NCBI GenBank assembly: GCA_937900255.1
Contig: CALCDZ010000004.1
Location: 198,391-262,390, forward strand
Direction of reading: 5' to 3'
Length of the DNA: 64,000 bases
DNA from: an uncultured bacterium
GTDB taxonomy: Bacteria; Patescibacteriota; Patescibacteriia; SG8-24; DYFX01
The first letter of the stretch is position 1. Every line of letters begins with the position of its first letter. This document shows, one piece after another, positions 9,664-18,190 of the stretch. A model generated the notes under the pieces. The model saw only the letters and a list, made by a program, of their open reading frames with translations. It was not told the origin of the DNA and did not search any database. Made by a program: the position numbers and the translations under genes.

Positions 9664-10788
9664 ATGCGCAAGCGGACCGTCGATTACTTCCTGTTGGCCC
9701 TGACGGCCGGCCTCACGGCCTTCGGCCTGGTCATGCTGAATTCCGCCACGTCATACGTGGCGTTCCAGAAGTACGGCGACAGCTATTTCTTCTTCAAGCG
9801 GCAATTGCTGTATGGCGTGCTGCCCGGCTTCGTCCTGCTGTTCCTCGTTTCGCGCGTTTCCGTCGACCGCCTGAAGAGTCTCGCGCCTTACATGCTCCCG
9901 TCCGCCGCGGCGCTGCTCCTGCTCGGGTTCATCCCCGGGCTGCGCGCCGGATACGGCACCGGCTCCTGGCTGAACGTCTTTGGCGCTTCGCTGCAGCCTT
10001 CGGAACCTGCCAAGCTGTTCCTGATCCTGTACTTCGCCTGGTGGCTGGCGCGCCGCGACGAGGCGGTTATCAAAGGCTTCTGGACCGGGTTCGTGCCGTT
10101 CACGATCTCGGTCGGCGTCGTGATCGCCCTCATGATGGCGCAGCGCGACCTCGGCACCACGGCCGTCATCGTGGCGTTCCTCTTCACCATGTACATCTCG
10201 GCGGGCGCGCCTCTCAGGCATCTGGCGATCCTCTTCGGCGCCGGGTTCGCCATGTTCCTCGTCTTCATCAAGATCGCGCCATACCGCGCCGACCGCCTCA
10301 AGATCTTCCTGCACCCGGAACTCGATCCTCAAGGCGTCGGTTATCACATCAACCAGGCGATGTTGGCGATCGGCTCGGGCGGCTGGTTCGGTTTGGGCTT
10401 GGGGAACTCGCTGCAGAAGCATCAGTACCTGCCGGAAGTCGCCGGCGATTCCATCTTCGCCATCATCGCCGAGGAACTCGGGTTCCTCTTCTCGGCGCTG
10501 CTCATCATCGGTTTCATGCTTCTCATCCGCCACGGCCTCAAGATCGCCGAACGGACGAGCGATCCGTTCTCTCGTTATGCCGCCGTCGGCATCACGGCCT
10601 GGATCGGCTTCCAGGCCATCCTGAACATCTCGGCCATGGTCGGCCTGACGCCGCTCACCGGCGTGCCGCTGCCTTTCATCAGTCATGGCGGCTCCGCCAT
10701 GCTCGCGAACCTCGCCTCCATCGGGGTCCTGGCCGCCATCTCCGCCGACGGCAACGGCATCGCTCGCCCGCGACGCCGTTTCGCCTGA
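9664..10788 (+). CDS. ftsW: SEDS peptidoglycan polymerase FtsW
   Basis: LQPSEPAK, AIGSGG, YLPEVAGDSIF, TGVPLPFISHGGS; adjacent to murG. Confidence 0.93.
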   Translation: MRKRTVDYFLLALTAGLTAFGLVMLNSATSYVAFQKYGDSYFFFKRQLLYGVLPGFVLLFLVSRVSVDRLKSLAPYMLPSAAALLLLGFIPGLRAGYGTGSWLNVFGASLQPSEPAKLFLILYFAWWLARRDEAVIKGFWTGFVPFTISVGVVIALMMAQRDLGTTAVIVAFLFTMYISAGAPLRHLAILFGAGFAMFLVFIKIAPYRADRLKIFLHPELDPQGVGYHINQAMLAIGSGGWFGLGLGNSLQKHQYLPEVAGDSIFAIIAEELGFLFSALLIIGFMLLIRHGLKIAERTSDPFSRYAAVGITAWIGFQAILNISAMVGLTPLTGVPLPFISHGGSAMLANLASIGVLAAISADGNGIARPRRRFA

Positions 10789-10835
10789 GAGGCGATCCTT
10801 GTTCCGCCGCCGGAGAACCGCTAAGCTGGAAGCCT

Positions 10836-11909
10836 ATGAAGATCCTGTTCGCCGGGGGAGGTACGCTCGGTCCGGTCACGCCGCTTTTGGCGGTGGCCGA
10901 CGAGATCCGCCGAGACCGGCCTGATATCGAATGCGTCTTCGTCGGCACGCCCGAAGGGCCGGAGCGCAGGTTGGTCGAAGAGGCGGGATTCCGGTTCCTC
11001 GCGCTCGCTTCGCCTAAGTTCCGGAGGTATTTCGATCTCAAGACGTTAGCCTTGCCGATCGAGTTCGGTGCGGCGCTTTGGAACGCCGGGCGGATCGTCG
11101 CGCGGGAAAAGCCCGCCCTGGTCGTCGGGGCAGGCGGGTACGTGCAGGTGGCGCTCGGCTATGCCGCCAAGCTCGCCGGGAAGAAGCTGCTGCTGCATCA
11201 GCAGGATGTCGTGCCGTCGCTCAGCAATCGGCTGCTCGCGCCGTTCGCCGATGCCATCACGACCGTCTTCAAGATTTCCGAGAACGATTTCCCGGCGGCG
11301 AAGACCGAGACCGTCGGGAATCCGGTGCGGAGATCGATCGAGGAGGGGAGCCGCGAGAAGGGGTTGAAGTCGCTCGGCTTCACCGGCGAACGGCCCGTCG
11401 TCCTGGCGTTCGGCGGCGGCACCGGTTCCGCGTTCCTCAACGAGATGATCGCGCTCGCGTCGGCGCACTGGACGGGGTTCGCCGACTTGGTCCACATCAC
11501 AGGCCTTGAGAAAGCGCCCGGCCGGCTGCCTCCGCTCGAACATCCCGAACGTTATCGCCGGGTGGAATTCGTCGGCGCCGACATCGCGCATCTCATGGCC
11601 GCCGCCGATGCGGTCATCGGGCGCTCCGGCATGGGCACGCTGACCGAGCTGGCCGCCTTGGCCAAGCCGGTCATCCTGGTGCCGATCGCCGGCTCGCATC
11701 AGGAGAAGAACGCCGAGTACGTCGTCGAACACGGCGGTGCGCGCATGTTCCGCGAGCTTGACCTGACGCCGGAGCAGCTCGTCACCTTCACCCATGAGCT
11801 GCTCAAGAAGCCGGAGGAGGCGCGGCATCTCGGGATGCGCCTCCAGGCGATCTTCCGGCCCGGTGCCAGGCGCGCGCTGGCCGACAAGGCGCTCTCCTTG
11901 CTATCATGA
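10836..11909 (+). CDS. murG: Undecaprenyl-PP-MurNAc-pentapeptide GlcNAc transferase
   Basis: MKILFAGGGT, GAGGYV, VGNPVR, GRSGMGTLTE, HQEKNA. Confidence 0.93.
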   Translation: MKILFAGGGTLGPVTPLLAVADEIRRDRPDIECVFVGTPEGPERRLVEEAGFRFLALASPKFRRYFDLKTLALPIEFGAALWNAGRIVAREKPALVVGAGGYVQVALGYAAKLAGKKLLLHQQDVVPSLSNRLLAPFADAITTVFKISENDFPAAKTETVGNPVRRSIEEGSREKGLKSLGFTGERPVVLAFGGGTGSAFLNEMIALASAHWTGFADLVHITGLEKAPGRLPPLEHPERYRRVEFVGADIAHLMAAADAVIGRSGMGTLTELAALAKPVILVPIAGSHQEKNAEYVVEHGGARMFRELDLTPEQLVTFTHELLKKPEEARHLGMRLQAIFRPGARRALADKALSLLS

Positions 11910-11916
11910 CGCCCAT

Positions 11917-12569
11917 ATGAAGCCAAACCGCATCATCTTCTTGGCCGCCGGGTTGCTGCTCGTCGGCGCCGGTTGCGCCGCGCCCACCCCCTCCGTACCG
12001 GAAACGCCGGCATGTCAGCGCCGGCCTCCACCCCTCCGGCCGCCCCGATGGAACCGCCAATCATCCAGAATAAACCAAAATCCACCGCTATGCAGAAGAC
12101 ATGGACATTCCCCGGCGTCCTGCCGGAGAACCAGATCGCGAACCGGGAGATCCGCATCAAGACCGCGAAGGGCGACATCGTCTTCGAGCTGTTCGACAAG
12201 GAGGCTCCCAAGACCGTCTCGAACTTCGTCTATCTGGCCAAAGGCGGCTTCTATGACGGCTTGACGTTCCATCGTCGCGAAGAGGGTTTCGTCATCCAGG
12301 GCGGCGACCCGAACGGCAACGGCACGGGCGGTCCCGGTTATCGCTTCGAGGACGAGAAGGCCACTCGCCCGTATACGCGCGGCATCGTCGCCATGGCCAA
12401 CGCCGGTCCGGACACGAACGGCAGCCAATTCTTCGTCATGCTGGCCGACGTGCCCCTGCCGCCCAACTACACGATTTTCGGCCAAGTCACGAAAGGCATG
12501 GATGTGGTCGATGCCATCAAGGTCGGTGACGTCATGACGAACGTGATGGTCGAGGCTAGGTCCAAATAG
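11917..12569 (+). pseudogene. Cyclophilin-type peptidyl-prolyl isomerase with lipoprotein signal, split by a 1-nt frameshift near 11985-12012 (or a sequencing error)
   Basis: One frame gives MKPNRIIFLAAGLLLVGAG-C; another frame gives a Pro-rich linker and cyclophilin motifs FYDGLTFHR, VIQGGDP, AMANAGPDTNGSQFF. Confidence 0.85.
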
Positions 12570-12570
12570 C

Positions 12571-12984
12571 ATGTCGGGGAACCGGAAACCCGTCGCGCAC
12601 TCGGTCGCGCTTTGGGTCCTTTGCGGGCTCGTCGTATCGATGCTCCTCGCCGCATGGGGCTACTTTTCCGTCCTCGCGCGGCTCCGGCGGGACGTGGTGC
12701 AGGCGAAAGCTCCGAAGAGCGCGTCTTCCATGCAGGAACGGCAGCCTTCCTTGTTCGGCATGATTTCCGGCATCCAAGGCCGCCGCCTGAAAGTCGAATC
12801 GAAACAGGGGTATACCGAAATCCTTTTCGACGAGGATACGGCCATCTCGTCCGGTGCGGGTAAGGCCCTCTCGGACTCGCAGCTTTCCGTGGGCGCGGTC
12901 ATCACCGCGACCGGCAAGGATTTGGGTGGCGGACGGATGGGCGCAGCTGCCATCGTCGTCCTGGACGACTCCGCGCAGCCGTGA
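12571..12984 (+). CDS. Single-TM exported protein, DUF5666/OB-like
   Basis: N-terminal TM; LSVGAVITATG pattern; tightly packed in operon. Confidence 0.6.
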   Translation: MSGNRKPVAHSVALWVLCGLVVSMLLAAWGYFSVLARLRRDVVQAKAPKSASSMQERQPSLFGMISGIQGRRLKVESKQGYTEILFDEDTAISSGAGKALSDSQLSVGAVITATGKDLGGGRMGAAAIVVLDDSAQP

Positions 12985-14429
12985 CGCACCCTGTGGGCCC
13001 GCTGCCGCCGCTCACGCCCGAGGTCTTTTATGCGTACGCAAAGTGCCCCAACTGGGCGTATTGGGATCTTTTCGGCGACCCGGCCAAGAAGGGTTCGGTC
13101 CCGCCCATGCTCCAGAGGCTGCGCGAGGACGGCGTGCTGCATGAGAAGGAAGTGATCGCGCGGCTCGGCGCGTTCGAAGAAGCGCCGTCGCGCATGGCCG
13201 TTTCCGACGCGGCGACCGAGACTCTGGAGCTGATGCGTCGGGGCTCCGCGCTCATCTATCAAGGCACGCTCGCGGACGGTGACTGGGCGGGACGCCCGGA
13301 CCTGCTCCGTCGCGTCCCGGGATCGTCGAAGTTCGGCGACTGGATGTATGAGGCGGTCGACATCAAGTCGTCCCGCCAGGTGAGCGACGTCCACAAGCTG
13401 CAGCTGGTCTTTTACGCGCTGCTGCTCAAGAAGGTCCAAGGCGTGAAACCGGACGAAGGCAGGATCATCAACATCGACGGCGACGAGCTTTCGTTCCCGA
13501 TCGACGAAGCCGAGCCGGATTTCTTCGAGGCGCTCGACCGTATCCTGGCGATCCGGGCGGGGGAGAAGCCGCAGGCGCTCTTCACGTCGTCCTGCAAGGA
13601 TTCGCCGTGGTACGAGGAGTGCAAGCGCGAAGCCGAGGAGGCCGACGACATCGGGCTGCTCTATAAGATCTATAAGAGCGAATACCGGCGGCTGCGCGAG
13701 GCCGGGTATCGCACGCTGGCGCAGCTCGCTGCCGCCGACCTCGCGACGCTGCAGGAATCGGTGAGGGGCGTTTCCGGCCATCGGCTGGAACGGTTGCGGC
13801 TCCAGGCGCAGTCGCTGCACGAGAAGAAGGATATCCGCATCGAGGACCCGGGCCTGCCGGTTTCGGACGTCGAGCTGTTCTTCGACATCGAAGGCGATCC
13901 GATGATCGGCCTCGAGTACCTGCACGGCCTCCTGATCCGCGAGAACGGCACGGAGCGCTACCGGGCTTTCACCGCCGAAGCGCCCGAGGACGAAGGCGCA
14001 GCGTGGCTGTCCTTCTGCGATTTCATCGAGGGCTATGCCGGCGCGCCGATCTATCATTACGGCTGGTACGAGCTCGACGCCATCAGGCGACTGGGCGCCA
14101 AGCACGGCATCTCCCGCAAGGCCGCCATCGCGCTCGATCCCTCCAACATGATCGACCTCAACCGCGTGGCTCAGCGCTCCGTCATCTTCCCGCTCTATTT
14201 CTACTCGCTGAAGGACGTGGCGCGCCACCTCGGCTTCCGCTGGCGCGCCGCCGACGCTTCCGGCGCCAACTCGGTGCTTTGGTTCCAGGAATGGCGCGAA
14301 AAAGGCGACCGCGCGCTCTTGCGGAAGATCACCGACTATAACGAAGACGACGTACGGGCCACGGCCGTCCTCAAGGATTGGCTGGCGTTCCAGTCGCCGC
14401 CAGGATGCGGAACGCCCGATGTTCGCTGA
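12981..14429 (+). CDS. TM0106 family RecB-like nuclease (PD-(D/E)xK plus RNase H-like domain)
   Basis: GRPDLL...DIK, QLVFY, FFDIEGDP, YSLKDVA, YNEDDVRAT. Confidence 0.9.
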   Translation: MTHPVGPLPPLTPEVFYAYAKCPNWAYWDLFGDPAKKGSVPPMLQRLREDGVLHEKEVIARLGAFEEAPSRMAVSDAATETLELMRRGSALIYQGTLADGDWAGRPDLLRRVPGSSKFGDWMYEAVDIKSSRQVSDVHKLQLVFYALLLKKVQGVKPDEGRIINIDGDELSFPIDEAEPDFFEALDRILAIRAGEKPQALFTSSCKDSPWYEECKREAEEADDIGLLYKIYKSEYRRLREAGYRTLAQLAAADLATLQESVRGVSGHRLERLRLQAQSLHEKKDIRIEDPGLPVSDVELFFDIEGDPMIGLEYLHGLLIRENGTERYRAFTAEAPEDEGAAWLSFCDFIEGYAGAPIYHYGWYELDAIRRLGAKHGISRKAAIALDPSNMIDLNRVAQRSVIFPLYFYSLKDVARHLGFRWRAADASGANSVLWFQEWREKGDRALLRKITDYNEDDVRATAVLKDWLAFQSPPGCGTPDVR

Positions 14430-15249
14430 AGTTCTGCACGAAGCCATTTTCGAGCGAGGCACGGACGGAAAGGTCGTAATCGCCGGGGACGGCGGTGAAG
14501 GGTGCCGTCCAGAGACCGGCCGTATCGGCAGGGGAGGCTTCCAATCTTCGGAGATCGCCCGCAGCATCCTTGATTTCGAAGATCATGCCGACGGCCGTGG
14601 CGTTCCCGATACGGACGGAAACGTCGAAGGGATCGTCTTGAACCGCTTCGGCGGCAGGGAAGAGGATCGCGAGCGTCGGAGCGACGTCGGGCGCCGGCGG
14701 CTCCAGCCGGTTTGCGGCCGGTGAGACGTCGACCCGTCGCGTCGGGGAACTGACGCTTCGCCCGTCCCTCGAGAACGCGTCCAGACGTACATCGTAGGTC
14801 TGTCCGGGCGGGACATTGAAGACGGCTTGCCATGCGCCGTCCGGCGCGCGCGTCGCGGAGAAGTCCCGATCGAATCCCGTGCGGGATTCGACATGGAAGT
14901 CCGCGACGAGGACGGGGAAGCCGATGACGGTTCCGGAGGCGCTGATCACGTTGCTTTCCTGGTGCGCGAGGCCGGCCATGATCGTCAGGAACGGAGCGGC
15001 GGAGACGTCCGGCTGGACGGCGATTTCCGGTGCCGGTTCCGGCTCAACACTGGAGGCGGCGCGCCGGAGCGTCAATCGCCTGATCCCGTCGGCGGATGTC
15101 TCGATGACCGTACCGGCGACGCGCAGGACCTCAGGGCCCGCGAGCAGCGACAGGAAAAGCGCCATCGCTCCGAGGGCGACGTGTCGGCGCGTCCTATGGT
15201 CGTCGAGGCGCGCGAGCTTCTCTTGGAACCGATGACGGAATCCTTTCAT
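14371..15249 (-). CDS. Hypothetical membrane-anchored protein with Ig-like beta domains
   Basis: 292 aa, N-terminal TM, two beta-rich repeats (GAWQAVF...GQTYDV; GLWTAPF...GDYDL); convergent 59-nt overlap with the nuclease gene. Confidence 0.6.
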   Translation of the reverse strand: MKGFRHRFQEKLARLDDHRTRRHVALGAMALFLSLLAGPEVLRVAGTVIETSADGIRRLTLRRAASSVEPEPAPEIAVQPDVSAAPFLTIMAGLAHQESNVISASGTVIGFPVLVADFHVESRTGFDRDFSATRAPDGAWQAVFNVPPGQTYDVRLDAFSRDGRSVSSPTRRVDVSPAANRLEPPAPDVAPTLAILFPAAEAVQDDPFDVSVRIGNATAVGMIFEIKDAAGDLRRLEASPADTAGLWTAPFTAVPGDYDLSVRASLENGFVQNFSEHRAFRILAATGTPANP

Positions 15250-15280
15250 GGCTCGGGGTGCTACGCGGGCATTTTACCAC

Positions 15281-15309
15281 GAAAAGCAAAGAACCGGGGT
15301 CACCGGTTC
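15281..15309 (-). terminator. Intrinsic terminator of the Cys-rich mini-gene
   Basis: Minus strand GAACCGG-TGACC-CCGGTTC-TTTGCTTTT, with the stop codon in the loop. Confidence 0.65.
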
Positions 15310-15479
15310 TCGCATCCGCAGGCGTCGCCTTTGCAGCAGCCTGCCGTTTCGTTCTGGGCGGAGCAGTCGCATCCGTCGCAGCCCTTGTCCGGGCACTCGG
15401 AGCAGCACCCGTCCTTGCCCTTTTCGTCCGTCATCCCTTCCTCTTTCGGCTCGCCGTGATTCTTGCAGCATTCTTCCAT
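15300..15479 (-). CDS. Metallothionein-like Cys-rich small protein (59 aa, 12 Cys)
   Basis: MEECCKNHGEPKEEGMTDEKGKDGCCSECPDKGCDGCDCSAQNETAGCCKGDACGCENR*; own promoter and terminator; below ORF-track cutoff. Confidence 0.75.
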   Translation of the reverse strand: MEECCKNHGEPKEEGMTDEKGKDGCCSECPDKGCDGCDCSAQNETAGCCKGDACGCENR

Positions 15480-15496
15480 AAGATTGGTTCGCGTCC

Positions 15497-15525
15497 AGGA
15501 TACGCTTTGCCGGAGGTTTTGTAAA
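15497..15525 (-). promoter_or_regulatory. sigma70-like promoter TTTACA-N17-TATCCT
   Basis: Read on the minus strand, 17 nt upstream of ATG 15479. Confidence 0.6.
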
Positions 15526-15556
15526 GGTTTTTCCTGTGGTATGATCGGTCCATCTT

Positions 15557-15754
15557 ATGGATACTTCTCCCATGCCGCAGCGGGACCGTCTCGATACCGC
15601 CATCAAGGCGCTGACCATTGTCAAGCTGCTCTTCCAGCTGGCGTGGTACGGCCTGCTGGTGGGCAGCACCATCTGGATCCTGATCGACAATCCCTTGCCG
15701 AGGGTGATCCGCGGCATCCAGGAGCAGGTGGTCAGTTCCTTCATCGGCAAGTGA
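15557..15754 (+). CDS. Small single-TM hypothetical protein
   Basis: 65 aa with TM; extended -10 TGgTATGAT 11 nt upstream; first gene of a tightly packed operon. Confidence 0.6.
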   Translation: MDTSPMPQRDRLDTAIKALTIVKLLFQLAWYGLLVGSTIWILIDNPLPRVIRGIQEQVVSSFIGK

Positions 15755-15755
15755 C

Positions 15756-16100
15756 ATGAAGGCCGGCGCTTCCATGCTGTGCCTGCTGTGGTTCGCCGCC
15801 GCGGCTGTCGTCGGCTTCCGCCTGACGGCCCGCGATTTCCGCTGGGTCGATCGGCCTGGGTTCGGTTTCCCGCCGCTTCGATCGGCGGCAGGTTCCGTGA
15901 ATCCTTCCAAGCTCCCGCTGCTTCACTTGGATGTCCCTGGTTACCAGGTCCCCCAAGCCTTGAAGGACCGTCTCAAACAAGTCACGCCGCAGCAGTTCGC
16001 CTGCCTGCGCGTGGCCGTGAAGCCCGACCGCATCCAATCCGCGCTCCAAGGCAGGCTTACCGCCGAGGAAGCCGCCGCCGTCGAAGCATGCTTCAAATAA
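15756..16100 (+). CDS. Hypothetical exported protein with two C-terminal-domain Cys
   Basis: 114 aa, N-terminal hydrophobic segment; 1 nt after the previous stop. Confidence 0.6.
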   Translation: MKAGASMLCLLWFAAAAVVGFRLTARDFRWVDRPGFGFPPLRSAAGSVNPSKLPLLHLDVPGYQVPQALKDRLKQVTPQQFACLRVAVKPDRIQSALQGRLTAEEAAAVEACFK

Positions 16101-16105
16101 GCCGT

Positions 16106-16660
16106 ATGATCAAACGACCGAGACGTCTCCATCTTCTCATCATCGCGGCAAGCCTCGCGCTCCTGGCGGCCGGTGCCTGGTTCTATTCGAACGCCAGCGA
16201 CCCGGTCCCCGGAATCCCGGCGCGCACGGCGGGGCTCTCCGCTCCAGCTGTCGCAGCCAAGTCGGACATGGACGTCACGCTGTACTTCCCGAACGCCAAA
16301 CTCGGATCCGACCTGGATTGCGGCAAGGTCTTTCCGGTGCGCCGTTCGATCGCCGATACGGTCAATGACGGAGCGTTGCAGCAGCTGCTCAAGGGTCCGA
16401 CGTCGGACGAGCGGAAGCTCGGTTACGTCACGTCGATCCCTTCCGGCGTGAAGGTCGGCTCCGTCACTCGCCGCAAGATCGCCGCCGGCACGCAGGTCCT
16501 CGTCGACCTCAGCGCCGAGATGAGGACGGTCTCCGGTTCCTGCCGCGTCGCGTCGGCGCGCGCGCAGATCGAACAGACGCTCCTTCACGCGCAGCCCGAC
16601 CCGCCCGCGTCCGTCGTCATCTCGGTCGAAGGAGAGACTTCATCCGCCTTGCAACCCTGA
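16106..16660 (+). CDS. GerMN domain protein
   Basis: TM, VTLYF, DCGKVFPVRR, LLKGPT, GSCRVASARAQIEQTL, VVISVEG. Confidence 0.85.
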   Translation: MIKRPRRLHLLIIAASLALLAAGAWFYSNASDPVPGIPARTAGLSAPAVAAKSDMDVTLYFPNAKLGSDLDCGKVFPVRRSIADTVNDGALQQLLKGPTSDERKLGYVTSIPSGVKVGSVTRRKIAAGTQVLVDLSAEMRTVSGSCRVASARAQIEQTLLHAQPDPPASVVISVEGETSSALQP

Positions 16661-16662
16661 CC

Positions 16663-17127
16663 ATGCCTACCACGCCCGCGCTTCCCCAACCCGAGATCGA
16701 ACACCTCTACGCCGCCGGCTGGGCCGCGCTCCAAGCCGAAATGCTGAGCGAAGCTGAAGAGGCCTTTTTGGGCGTCCTCGCCAGCGATCCCTGGCATGCC
16801 GATGCCTTGAACGGGCTCGGGACGGTCTATTTCCATGAGAAGCGCCTGGATGAGGCTGAAGCGATGTATGCGAGCGGCAAGAAATCCGTCCTGAAGTTCT
16901 TCAAGGACAAGATGCCGGATCATGTCGATTGGGCCGCCCCGCATGACCGTACCCTCATCCGTTCGCTGCACGGATTGGCGCTGGTCGAGTACCGGCGCGG
17001 CAAGACCGCCACGGCCGAGAAGATGTTCGAAGAGATCGTCAGGCTCAACCCGAAGGACAACACCGGCGCGCGCTTCCTGGCCATGGACATCCGCAAGGGC
17101 AAGAAGACCTGGGATCAGAAATCATGA
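16663..17127 (+). CDS. Tetratricopeptide repeat protein
   Basis: DALNGLGTVY, LNPKDNTGARFL TPR-like helices. Confidence 0.75.
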   Translation: MPTTPALPQPEIEHLYAAGWAALQAEMLSEAEEAFLGVLASDPWHADALNGLGTVYFHEKRLDEAEAMYASGKKSVLKFFKDKMPDHVDWAAPHDRTLIRSLHGLALVEYRRGKTATAEKMFEEIVRLNPKDNTGARFLAMDIRKGKKTWDQKS

Positions 17128-18182
17128 GGAAGCTCTTCGGCGCGATCCTCCTGCTCGCCGCCGTCGGCGGCTATCTGCACTACGTGCAGGGTTGGGATTG
17201 GGCGCGCTTGAAGCGCACGCGCGCCGTCGCGCTCGTCTTGCGCGAGGACGCTTCTGCTACGACCACGCCGATCGGCGCGCGCGGCACAGGCACGCATTGG
17301 GAAACGGCCGCCCCGATGCCGGGCGCCCGCACGGAATTCGGCGCCGTGACCGTCGGCGATCGCATCTACGCGATCGGAGGGATCGACGGCTACATGCGGA
17401 CGCTCGACGCGGTCCAATCCTACGACGTCGTCTCCGATACATGGCGGGACGAGCCCAAGCTGCCGATGCCGATCCATCATCCGGCCGTGGCGACCGACGG
17501 CGCGAACGTGTACGTGCTCGGAGGCTTCACCGGCCTGGCCTCGCGCCCGCTCGACAGCGCTTATGCCTACGATCCGAAGACGCGCTCCTGGCGGGAGATC
17601 GGGCGACTGAACGATTTTCGGGGAGGAGCGGCCGCGGCGTTCTTGGGCGACCGCCTTTATGTCATGGCGGGCCGGACCGGCGGAGGCGTCGATGGCGCGC
17701 TCGAGTACTATGACGCCGCCCGGGGCGGATGGAACGGGTTGAAAGGGTTGTCCGTCCCTCGGACCCTGTTCCAAGCCGCCGCCCTTGATGGGAAGCTCTA
17801 CGCGATCGGCGGGAACAGAGGCTCGGTCTCGACGAGCTTGTCGGACGTCGAGTCTTACGATCCCGTAGCGAACGAGTGGAAGGGAGTCGGCGCGATGTCC
17901 GCTGCACGAAGCGGGTTCGCTTCGGTCGTCGTCGACGGTTCCGTTTACGCGATCGGCGGCGAAGGCAAGGCCGGCGTGCTGGGGCTCGTGGAAGCCTTCG
18001 ATCCCAAGAAGGGCGTTTGGTCGAAGCTCAGTCCCGGACTGCCGGATCCCCGGCGTGGACTCGCGGCCGCCGCTTGGAAGAACCGCATCTACGTCTTGGG
18101 CGGCGGGCGCCGCTCCGGACTCTCGGTCACCGACCTCAACAGCGTGCTGATCCTCGACGGTTCGGCCGCGAAAAAACGCTGA
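17124..18182 (+). CDS. Membrane-anchored Kelch-repeat beta-propeller protein
   Basis: Six Kelch repeats (IYAIGG...YD...W); N-terminal TM. Confidence 0.9.
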   Translation: MRKLFGAILLLAAVGGYLHYVQGWDWARLKRTRAVALVLREDASATTTPIGARGTGTHWETAAPMPGARTEFGAVTVGDRIYAIGGIDGYMRTLDAVQSYDVVSDTWRDEPKLPMPIHHPAVATDGANVYVLGGFTGLASRPLDSAYAYDPKTRSWREIGRLNDFRGGAAAAFLGDRLYVMAGRTGGGVDGALEYYDAARGGWNGLKGLSVPRTLFQAAALDGKLYAIGGNRGSVSTSLSDVESYDPVANEWKGVGAMSAARSGFASVVVDGSVYAIGGEGKAGVLGLVEAFDPKKGVWSKLSPGLPDPRRGLAAAAWKNRIYVLGGGRRSGLSVTDLNSVLILDGSAAKKR

Positions 18183-18190
18183 CGACTTCC

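Noticed and set aside
7203-9671. Long antisense ORFs (822 aa here; also 4052-5761, 12660-14567, 27106-29490, 33405-35537, 51065-53374)
   Set aside because: Typical stop-poor shadow frames of real genes in a high-GC genome, with no recognisable motifs.
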